Assembly: GCA_003568775.1 (NCBI GenBank) | Contig: MWMI01000001.1 | Coordinates: 30,001 to 62,000 of the forward strand | Source: Candidatus Nanoclepta minutus | GTDB lineage: Archaea > Nanobdellota > Nanobdellia > Nanobdellales > Nanobdellaceae | Direction of reading: 5' to 3' | DNA length: 32,000 nucleotides | Shown here: piece after piece, positions 18,097 through 24,944 of the stretch | Position numbering within the stretch: the first letter of the stretch is position 1 | Layout of the letters: each line of letters opens with the position of its first letter | Program-made: the position numbers and the translations under genes | Notes under the pieces: model-generated | The model's database searches: none | Seen by the model: the letters and a program-made list of their open reading frames with translations, nothing else | Told to the model about the DNA's origin: nothing

Positions 18097-18764
18097 AACT
18101 CATACCATTAAAAGAGAATCCTAAGATATTTAGAGATGATAAATGGAGGTTATATACTAAGAATTTAGTTAAGGGACAGAGTGTATATGGGGAGAAGTTA
18201 ATTGAGTATAAGGGAGAGGAATATAGAGAATGGATAGCAAATAGATCGAAGTTGGCAGCAGCCATAAAGAAGAAGATCGGAAAAATACCGATTGAGGAGG
18301 GAGATAAGGTATTATATTTAGGTATTGCTGCAGGTACGACGGCTTCTCATATATCGGATATAATCGGATGGAAGGGTCTAATATACGGTATAGATGTTGC
18401 TCCAAGAATACTTATAGAATTGATGAAGTCTATAGGAAAGAGGAAGAATATAATACCGATCTTGGCCGATGCTTCTAAACCAGATCTTTATCTATCTATA
18501 GTACCAAAGGTAGACCTAGTTTATCAGGATATAGCACAACCACATCAAGTTAAGATACTCATAAATAATGTGGATTTATTCTTGAAGAATAAAGGCTATG
18601 TTTTCTTTGCTGTAAAAGCAAGATCCATTGATGTCAGTAAAGATCCAAGGTTAATATTTGATGAGGTAGGAAAGGAATTAGAAGAGTATGGTTTTAAGAT
18701 AGTTAACAAGGTTAGATTGGAACCTTACCATAAGGATCATATGATGTTCTTGTTACAGAAATAA
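18093..18764 (+). CDS. flpA: fibrillarin-like rRNA/tRNA 2'-O-methyltransferase
   Basis: SAM-binding VLYLGIAAGTTASHISDI, EYREW, and a DVAQP-like DIAQP motif. In the conserved nop5-flpA pair. Confidence 0.93.
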   Translation: MKLIPLKENPKIFRDDKWRLYTKNLVKGQSVYGEKLIEYKGEEYREWIANRSKLAAAIKKKIGKIPIEEGDKVLYLGIAAGTTASHISDIIGWKGLIYGIDVAPRILIELMKSIGKRKNIIPILADASKPDLYLSIVPKVDLVYQDIAQPHQVKILINNVDLFLKNKGYVFFAVKARSIDVSKDPRLIFDEVGKELEEYGFKIVNKVRLEPYHKDHMMFLLQK

Positions 18765-18792
18765 GTTTTTTATTTTTTATAAAGAATCTTTA

Positions 18793-19068
18793 TTGATGGC
18801 CCTGATAGGTAGGAGGATAATAAAAAATAGGAGGAATATGGAAATGATATCCTGTCCACTATGTGGACATGTTTTCTATTCTACAAAGCAGTATACGAAG
18901 CACCTTAATAAATCACATTTAAGGAAAGTTCCAAAGGATAAGAGGAGAAGGAAGAAGATGCTTAAAGGACTTCTAATATTGAAGATAAAGAAAGAAAATA
19001 ATATAGAGTTAGAGAAATATGAAAAAATATTGGAACTAAAGTCTAAACTTAATAATATTAAGCTGTAA
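18793..19068 (+). CDS. small C2H2 zinc-finger protein with basic tail
   Basis: CPLCGHVFYSTKQYTKHLNKSH is a classical C2H2 finger, followed by KDKRRRKK. The likely true start is ATG 18838 or 18844 (MEMISCPLCGH), just downstream of a GGAGG motif at 18830-18834. Confidence 0.5.
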   Translation: MMALIGRRIIKNRRNMEMISCPLCGHVFYSTKQYTKHLNKSHLRKVPKDKRRRKKMLKGLLILKIKKENNIELEKYEKILELKSKLNNIKL

Positions 19069-19618
19069 AAAGCTTTATTTTTTCCTCTCCAGATATTTCT
19101 TTGATTATCCTCTGAGCTAGTATCTTTTTAATATTTTTTAAACCTTTAACTCTGTTTTCTATATCGTTATAAGATTTAAATGGTTCTCTTTCTCTCTCTT
19201 CAAGTATTCTATCTAATACAGCTTTACCTATTCCGGGTATTAGCTCTAAGGAATGTAATCTAACATTTATAGGACCTGCTTTATTAAAGAATTCAACGAA
19301 TTTACTTTCATATTTTTCTAATATTTTCATTATGGCATTTTCCAGATTTTCTTTTGCTAACAGAGTTAGTTCTTCATATTTTAGCCTCTTAATTATTGAT
19401 TTTACTTTTTCCCTTTTGCTGCTTCCTATATAAACTTCTTCCAAGTACTCTACTTTAGTTCCCTGTTTTAGAGTTAAGAGTAAAAGTGTGAAATAGTATT
19501 CCCCTATTGCATATGCTGTAGGCTCTCTTAAGTTCTTTGATGGATCCCCTAATGGTAAGAAGTCTAGTATAACCGCATATTCTTCTATCTTACTATTTTC
19601 TAATCTCTTTTTGAACAT
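19058..19618 (-). CDS. DUF655 / COG1491 family protein (OB-like N-domain plus HhH, predicted nucleic-acid binding)
   Basis: EEYAVILDFLPLGDP...AYAIGEYYFTLL followed by the HhH-like LHSLELIPGIGKAVLDRILEERE...F.SYNDIENRV. It lies directly downstream of Rpo4/F, as in the conserved archaeal cluster. Confidence 0.7.
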   Translation of the reverse strand: MFKKRLENSKIEEYAVILDFLPLGDPSKNLREPTAYAIGEYYFTLLLLTLKQGTKVEYLEEVYIGSSKREKVKSIIKRLKYEELTLLAKENLENAIMKILEKYESKFVEFFNKAGPINVRLHSLELIPGIGKAVLDRILEEREREPFKSYNDIENRVKGLKNIKKILAQRIIKEISGEEKIKLFTA

Positions 19619-19623
19619 AATTT

Positions 19624-19941
19624 TTATAGATATTTTTTAACTATCTCGAGTATCCTTTTTGTATCTTCCTTGGATAAGTTATAGGTGTATAGTATAGTCT
19701 TAAGTTCATCTTCATTCTTCGGTAGCATTTCAACTATCTTAATCCTTATATCTTCGGGGATATTTATATCCTTCAGTTCTTCATATAGTTTTTCTTGATC
19801 CTCCGGAGAAATTTTTTGTATAGTTTGTAAATAGTTCAAAGTTCTTGTTTCTATGTAAGTAAGTTCCCTTTCTTCCTTGTATTTTTCTAATAGTTGAAGT
19901 ACTTTTCCAGGCAATATAGGATACATTTTAATTATATTCAT
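19624..19941 (-). CDS. rpoF: DNA-directed RNA polymerase subunit Rpo4 (RpoF)
   Basis: At 105 aa, the pattern ...ETRTLNYLQTIQKISPEDQEKLYEEL...IKIVEMLPKNEDELKTIL...SKEDTKRILEIVKKY resembles archaeal subunit F. It neighbours DUF655 and L21e genes (conserved context). Confidence 0.65.
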   Translation of the reverse strand: MNIIKMYPILPGKVLQLLEKYKEERELTYIETRTLNYLQTIQKISPEDQEKLYEELKDINIPEDIRIKIVEMLPKNEDELKTILYTYNLSKEDTKRILEIVKKYL

Positions 19942-19993
19942 CCTATTAAATTTCAGTCAAAGAATAAAAATATATTGTCTTTAAAATACATAC

Positions 19994-20293
19994 ATGGTTG
20001 ATAGGAAGGGAAAGGGAAGTAGGAGAAAAACAAGGGATAAACTATCGAAGCATGTTAGAGATAGAGGAAAAATTAAGATAAGGTATATTCTAAAGGAGTA
20101 TAATAGGGGAGATAGAGTATCTATTATAATAGATCCTTCTTTCCATGAAGGAATGCCACATCCGAGGTTTCATGGATTAACCGGTATTATCAAAAACAAG
20201 AGAGGAGATTGCTATGAGGTTATAATCAATGAAGGGAATAAGGAAAAGTTGATTATTGCACATCCTGCACATTTAAGGCCCTTAAAATCTTAG
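19994..20293 (+). CDS. rpl21e: 50S ribosomal protein L21e
   Basis: GKGSRRKTRDKLSKHVRDRGK...YNRGDRVSIIIDPSFHEGMPHPRFHGLTGII matches the L21e pattern. 99 aa. Confidence 0.9.
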   Translation: MVDRKGKGSRRKTRDKLSKHVRDRGKIKIRYILKEYNRGDRVSIIIDPSFHEGMPHPRFHGLTGIIKNKRGDCYEVIINEGNKEKLIIAHPAHLRPLKS

Positions 20294-20348
20294 ATTATTT
20301 TAATTTAAGGTTTTTTAGGTAACAGGTTTTTTGATAAATTATTTTATT

Positions 20349-20421
20349 TGGGCCCGCGGGGATTCGAACCCCGGTCAATGGGTCTGGAGCCCACCGTCCT
20401 ACCTGGCTAGACTACGGGCCC
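20349..20421 (-). tRNA. tRNA-Trp (anticodon CCA), intron-less, no encoded CCA
   Basis: The reverse complement folds as acceptor GGGCCCG/CGGGCCC, D arm GTCT-AGCCAGGTA-GGAC, anticodon stem GTGGG/CCCAT with loop CTCCAGA (CCA), T arm CGGGG-TTCGAAT-CCCCG, discriminator A. Total 73 nt. Confidence 0.92.
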
Positions 20422-20430
20422 ATTCATATA

Positions 20431-20730
20431 TTAGAATTCCTCTGTTTTAATATATCCATTCTTCTTTAACCATTCAACCTCGTTTTGTGAATACGTATAT
20501 AGTATATCTCCCTTCCTATCACCATCTATCTCCCAGGGATCTACTAATACATATGCGTTTTTTATAAGGTATACCTTACTTGAAAGCTTCTTCGGTACCC
20601 TACATATCCTAACTTTACCATCCAGGCATTTAACTCTGGCATGTGCCCAACCAACTACTTCCTCAATTATCCCTATTACCTGTCTATCTTTAGGTAAAGG
20701 AGTTTCTTTATCATTATCTTTTCTTTTCAT
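20431..20730 (-). CDS. aif1A: translation initiation factor aIF-1A
   Basis: S1/OB pattern: GIIEEVVGWAHARVKCLDGKVRICRVPKKL...YVLVDPWEIDGDRKGDILYTYSQNEVEWLKKNGYI. 99 aa. Confidence 0.9.
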   Translation of the reverse strand: MKRKDNDKETPLPKDRQVIGIIEEVVGWAHARVKCLDGKVRICRVPKKLSSKVYLIKNAYVLVDPWEIDGDRKGDILYTYSQNEVEWLKKNGYIKTEEF

Positions 20731-20779
20731 AAGGATATAATAAAAATAAAAAAGAAAAATATAATTACTACCTACCTAG

Positions 20780-20890
20780 TTACTCCTCTTCCTCTTCTTC
20801 TCCCCACTCTTCCTCTTCCTCTTCCCACTCTTCACCCCATAAATCCTCGTCCTCTTCAAAGTCCCACTCGTCTTGGAGATAGACTTTCAT
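20780..20890 (-). CDS. candidate 36-aa acidic/tryptophan-rich microprotein
   Basis: Own translation of the minus strand gives MKVYLQDEWDFEEDEDLWGEEWEEEEEEWGEEEEEE*. It has an ATG and a TAA stop and fills the gap between the NMD3-like and aIF1A genes on the same strand. A TTTATAAA element lies about 22 nt upstream of the ATG. It is below the ORF-track cutoff, and being low complexity its coding status is uncertain. Confidence 0.35.
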   Translation of the reverse strand: MKVYLQDEWDFEEDEDLWGEEWEEEEEEWGEEEEEE

Positions 20891-20913
20891 AGACAAAATA
20901 TATAGCGAAACAT

Positions 20914-21456
20914 TTATAAATATTTCCTGTATAGGAGGATGGTTAGGTAATACATTTTCCTGCCATGTTGCCTATCGTATCCCTTAACTTTTCTGCTAAC
21001 CTTTATATCAAAACCCCTCCTTTTAATATCTTTCAGATGCTTTCTTATTATCCTTGTATCAGATAGGATATAGATATCTATGGAATTGTTGTTTAACTCC
21101 TCCAGCTTCTTTATATATCCTATTTTCTTAAATAAGTTGATCATTTCCTCCATTTCAGATTCTTCAATATTCCTTATTTGGATTATAGTATTATAATCTG
21201 TACTTATAGCTTTTTTACAATCCTCACATACTATATACTCTATCTTCGTCTTATTTGGTACTATTAGATCTTCTATTTTCTTATAGTCTATTTTTTTATT
21301 TTTATAAAAAACCTTTCCACAGTATTTACATATTTTTATTTTCTTTATAAAAATATCTCCCTCCTCCTTACTTTTTCTATAGCATTCTTCACATAGATTA
21401 TCGTATAATTTATCGGTCTCTTTCCCGCAATTTGCACATGTCCTTCTATACTTCAT
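20914..21456 (-). CDS. NMD3-like zinc-binding protein (archaeal homolog of the 60S subunit factor NMD3)
   Basis: Four CxxC pairs (CANCGK...CEECY...CKYCGK...CEDCKK), then the YNTIIQIRN motif typical of NMD3 N-domains and a basic C-terminus. 180 aa. Confidence 0.6.
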   Translation of the reverse strand: MKYRRTCANCGKETDKLYDNLCEECYRKSKEEGDIFIKKIKICKYCGKVFYKNKKIDYKKIEDLIVPNKTKIEYIVCEDCKKAISTDYNTIIQIRNIEESEMEEMINLFKKIGYIKKLEELNNNSIDIYILSDTRIIRKHLKDIKRRGFDIKVSRKVKGYDRQHGRKMYYLTILLYRKYL

Positions 21457-21748
21457 CCTTTACTATAAATATATAGGGAACACCTTTTACATATCTAATC
21501 TCCCCAATATCATCGTCTTTTAAGATAGAGTTCTTTATTAGAATATCTATAGCCTCTTTCCCAATAGCATTTATCATTATTGCTTCCTCCAAAATTGAAG
21601 GTTCAACTTCGTTCACTTCTTCACCTATATAAAAATCGTTTATGGATATTACAACTTCTCCCTCCGAAAATTCTTTCCCATATAAATCTTTATCACATAA
21701 GATTAGGATCAATCCATCTTTAGACTCTATCTTTTTTAAAAAGATCAT
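21446..21748 (-). CDS. DUF424 / COG2412 family protein
   Basis: LILILCDKDLYGKEFSEGEVVISINDFYIGEEV...INAIGKEAIDILIKNSIL...IRYVKGVPYIFI matches the DUF424 pattern. It is commonly found next to aIF2beta in archaea. Confidence 0.65.
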   Translation of the reverse strand: MIFLKKIESKDGLILILCDKDLYGKEFSEGEVVISINDFYIGEEVNEVEPSILEEAIMINAIGKEAIDILIKNSILKDDDIGEIRYVKGVPYIFIVKDEV

Positions 21749-22170
21749 TAAATCTTATATGTTACCGGGGATTCTGCACCACAAGCTTCGCATTTTATGA
21801 AAGTTATCCTATCTTTTTTAACTAATACTGTATCCAACTTCTTGCATATAGGACATCTCACAAAATTTTCAATGAATTTATCTATTTTGGACTTTATAAT
21901 ATCTATGGAAATTTTTTTCTGTATTATTATAATGTTGTTTTCTATTTTACATCCTACATTTAGCTCTTTCTGTAAGAATTTCATTAATAGTTTAATATCT
22001 CTCCTTAATTTTTCTAATATCTCCTTTGTATTTTCTATATATGTAAATTTACCATGATAACTGATTTTTGGTAACGGTATTTCTATCTCTCCCTCTCCTT
22101 TTTTCAATACCTTTCCCTTCTCTTCTAGTTTTTTATATGCTTCATCTAACAATTTTAAATAGGATTTCAT
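21748..22170 (-). CDS. aif2B: translation initiation factor aIF-2 beta
   Basis: YLKLLDEAYKKL N-terminal helix, a central domain, and the C-terminal zinc ribbon VRCPICKKLDTVLVKKDRITFIKCEACGA. 140 aa. Confidence 0.9.
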   Translation of the reverse strand: MKSYLKLLDEAYKKLEEKGKVLKKGEGEIEIPLPKISYHGKFTYIENTKEILEKLRRDIKLLMKFLQKELNVGCKIENNIIIIQKKISIDIIKSKIDKFIENFVRCPICKKLDTVLVKKDRITFIKCEACGAESPVTYKI

Positions 22171-22730
22171 ATAACTTTGTATTTATTTGAAGAAACTTCA
22201 TAAATTTCACCAACGGATAAGAGGTCCTCTATGTATTTCCTTAGGCTATCTTCATCTAAGTCAAAGTATTCCTTTATTTCATCAAATGAAACACCTTCCC
22301 CCTTATCGCTCTCTTTTATGAACTTTAATATATCCTTTCTTATATCCCTTATATCAAATTCAATCTTTTCCTCTTGAACTTCCTTTTTTTCTTCAATTTT
22401 TGTTTTCTTTTTTGTTCTTTTCTTTAATTCCATTAAAAATAATTTTTTCCATAGAATTTCATCCTTTATATCTTCTATTTTTATCAATTTATTTATATAA
22501 ACATAATTATTACCCTGAAATTCCTTTATTTTTCCCAATATTATAACGCTTGAAAATTTATCCACGTTTATGGGTTCATATAAGATCGATTCAAAGTAGC
22601 CCTTCGAATCTAGGCATTTAATTTTTATATATTTCCTTTCGTTAAGTATCTCCACTACCTTCCCTATTAGAGCAACGTTTTTATTAGTATATTCTCCTAT
22701 TTCCGATGATAATATTGGTTTATAGTGCAT
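22167..22730 (-). CDS. OB-fold plus C-terminal winged-helix protein, RPA32/Rpa2-like (putative ssDNA-binding partner of the replisome)
   Basis: The N-terminus follows the RPA32/Stn1-type OB pattern (VALIGKVVEI...YIKIKCLDSKGYFESILYE...SVIILGKIKEFQGNNYVYINKLIKIEDIKDEILW). The C-terminus looks like a wH (GVSFDEIKEYFDLDEDSLRKYIEDLLSVGEIYEVSSNKYKV). It is start/stop-coupled to mcm upstream. Confidence 0.45.
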   Translation of the reverse strand: MHYKPILSSEIGEYTNKNVALIGKVVEILNERKYIKIKCLDSKGYFESILYEPINVDKFSSVIILGKIKEFQGNNYVYINKLIKIEDIKDEILWKKLFLMELKKRTKKKTKIEEKKEVQEEKIEFDIRDIRKDILKFIKESDKGEGVSFDEIKEYFDLDEDSLRKYIEDLLSVGEIYEVSSNKYKVI

Positions 22731-24763
22731 TATGATGTTGGTAAAAACTTTTCAGGGCCAGATTCGTAAATATAACCTTCCTTTAGGAGTTTTTCTATAG
22801 TATTCTTTACATAATCTGGGTCTATATTTAACTTTTCGGAGCTCTTTAATATTTCAGAGATAGGTACTCCACCTGGAAAATCTTTTGAAAGCTCTTTTAT
22901 TATTTCCAATATTTTACTACCTCTTTTTCTCTCTGTAGAAGAGAATCCTGTAGTTATAAGGTCTATATCAAGTTCAGAAGTTTCAGGGTTTATTCCAACT
23001 TGTCTTAAACTATAGGTTAGTAGAGATTCTGCCAATATTACATCCTCTTCTGTTACAACTTCCGATAACCTTATCTTTGCTGAAGCTTCAGCAAGCCTTC
23101 TTATAGAATTTAGCTGTCTCAAGGTAATTGGTATAGTCTCACTACTTGCCCTAGACCTTAGCTCTAAGTAGAACCTCTTTACCCTCTCTATTGCCCTATC
23201 TGTCCATTCAGGATTAATCTTCTTAGCATATGCTATATACTTTCTTAAAAGGTCTAGTGGAATTGGTGGTTGCGGCTTGTGTTTTAGGCTTCCCAATATT
23301 TCATCGGCAATTATTCCATCTATTTCTGGATTTGGGATATCCTGTAATATGAAGATAAGGTCAAACCTATTTATTATCGCTACTGGTAGATCTATTTGGT
23401 CTACTATACTCTTCATCCTATCCCATCTTCCGAACTTTGGATTAGCTGCTGCCAGTACGGATGTATCCGCCCTCAAAGTTGCATGTATGTTTGCCTTATC
23501 TATAGTAATGGTCTTATGTTCCATAGCTTCATGTAAATGTTGTAGTTCTTCGGTGGAAAGTTTATCCATCTCATCTATACATATTATACCACCAGAAGCT
23601 AAGACCAATGCACCAGCTTCTAACGTCCAGCCTCCCTTTAGTATCTCATCCTTCCTCACGGATGCCGTTAAACCTACCGAGGTAGCTGTTATACCAGTAA
23701 CAAACCTTGATTTTGGTGCGATTTCATATACGCTCAATAGAAGGGTAGATTTACCCGTTCCAGGATCTCCAACTAATAATATATGAATGTTCTTTCTAAA
23801 TTTCTTATCGTTTCTATCAGCCCCACCAACCAGTTGTAGGGCTATAGCTTTCTTAACAACTTCATATTGTTTTCCGAATATATCTGGGGCTATGGATCTA
23901 GCAATTAAAGATAATACATCCTCAGATTTTGCAATTTCTCTTATTTTACTCTCATCCTCAGGAGTTATCCTTATTTCCTCAATATCCTTATCCAATGGCT
24001 CTATATAGATAGCATCAATATACTTTTCTAGGAACAATTTATCTGTCTGTTTCTTGAGGTTTTTTACTATTCCAGCAATTCTTACTCTTGTTCCTGGTAT
24101 TGTTTTTCTCTCCATCCTAGGTTCACAAAGGTCCTCCTTTAATATTACAACGATCTGATCGGGCTGTTCACCCTTTTCAATTTGTTCTGCAGGTTCTTCT
24201 ATTAATAGCCTTTGTACGTCTATGTATCCCTCCTCTAACTTTATGAATTTTCCTGTAGTCTTCCTACAGATCGGGCATTTAATTGGTCTAAGTTTCTCTA
24301 TACTAAATTCTTTTGTTTCTAGCCAGAATTCGTTCCCACATTCCTCATGTCTATATTTTACTTTATTAATAACTGGTACAACGCTAGAAGATACTTTTAT
24401 TATTCCATCAACTTGAATTACTTTTCCATAATCTTCAGACCTTATATCCCTTATTCTCTTAATCCTAGTTTTATCGGAAATATCTTTTATTCTTACCTTA
24501 ACGGTTTTTCCTAAATTCAATCTCTTAGTAAAATATAGAGAAAGCAGTTCTAAATATTTTTCAGGTTCTTCTAATATTTTTGTTGCTATTTCATGACCCA
24601 TAGAGAGTAGAATTTTATTATATGGAATTACAACTGAAGACGAGACATTATTTATGTAATCTCTTATCTCTTCTTTGCAATTTTCAAATAATTTTGATAG
24701 ATATTCTTCTTCTATTTCAATAGAGCTGCTTTTAGTTGTAATACTTAAGGTATCCATAATCAA
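22730..24763 (-). CDS. mcm: MCM replicative helicase
   Basis: Zinc motif (HEECGNEF...CPICRK), Walker A ILLVGDPGTGKS, Walker B CIDEMDKL, arginine-finger SVLAAANP, and a C-terminal wH. 677 aa. Confidence 0.95.
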   Translation of the reverse strand: MIMDTLSITTKSSSIEIEEEYLSKLFENCKEEIRDYINNVSSSVVIPYNKILLSMGHEIATKILEEPEKYLELLSLYFTKRLNLGKTVKVRIKDISDKTRIKRIRDIRSEDYGKVIQVDGIIKVSSSVVPVINKVKYRHEECGNEFWLETKEFSIEKLRPIKCPICRKTTGKFIKLEEGYIDVQRLLIEEPAEQIEKGEQPDQIVVILKEDLCEPRMERKTIPGTRVRIAGIVKNLKKQTDKLFLEKYIDAIYIEPLDKDIEEIRITPEDESKIREIAKSEDVLSLIARSIAPDIFGKQYEVVKKAIALQLVGGADRNDKKFRKNIHILLVGDPGTGKSTLLLSVYEIAPKSRFVTGITATSVGLTASVRKDEILKGGWTLEAGALVLASGGIICIDEMDKLSTEELQHLHEAMEHKTITIDKANIHATLRADTSVLAAANPKFGRWDRMKSIVDQIDLPVAIINRFDLIFILQDIPNPEIDGIIADEILGSLKHKPQPPIPLDLLRKYIAYAKKINPEWTDRAIERVKRFYLELRSRASSETIPITLRQLNSIRRLAEASAKIRLSEVVTEEDVILAESLLTYSLRQVGINPETSELDIDLITTGFSSTERKRGSKILEIIKELSKDFPGGVPISEILKSSEKLNIDPDYVKNTIEKLLKEGYIYESGPEKFLPTS

Positions 24764-24823
24764 TACTTTTATTTAAACCTTAAAAAGGAGCTTCCATAGT
24801 AAAACTATAACTAAGGATTATAA

Positions 24824-24830
24824 TTTTTAT
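24824..24830 (+). promoter_or_regulatory. TATA-box-like element for tRNA-Ile
   Basis: TAATTTTTATC is centred about 26 nt upstream of the tRNA 5' end at 24853. Confidence 0.4.
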
Positions 24831-24852
24831 CTTACATCATTAAAATTAATAC

Positions 24853-24943
24853 GGGCCCGTAGCTCAGTGGTGGAGCGCCGGCCTTATATGGTCGGGCTCC
24901 CTAAGACAGCCGGAGGTCGGGGGTTCGATTCCCCCCGGGCCCA
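24853..24943 (+). tRNA. tRNA-Ile (anticodon UAU) with a 19-nt intron at the canonical 37/38 position
   Basis: Acceptor GGGCCCG/CGGGCCC, D arm GCTC-AGTGGTG-GAGC, anticodon stem CCGGC/GCCGG, T arm GGGGG-TTCGATT-CCCCC, discriminator A. The anticodon loop CTTATA is interrupted by TGGTCGGGCTCCCTAAGAC (24889-24907). Exon CUUA pairs with intron UAAG as a 4-bp helix flanked by 3-nt bulges UA|U and AC|A, a bulge-helix-bulge motif. The mature tRNA is 72 nt. Confidence 0.85.
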
Positions 24944-24944
24944 G

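Noticed and set aside
20349-20421. An intron with an embedded C/D guide in tRNA-Trp, as known from some Euryarchaeota.
   Set aside because: The gene folds as a continuous 73-nt cloverleaf with an intact CTCCAGA anticodon loop and no insertion.
23277-24416. ORF-track entries antisense to mcm (169, 73 and 64 aa).
   Set aside because: They lie entirely inside a strongly supported gene on the other strand. They have low-complexity S/I/L/F-rich translations typical of the antisense of K/E-rich coding sequence, and no start context or recognisable motifs.
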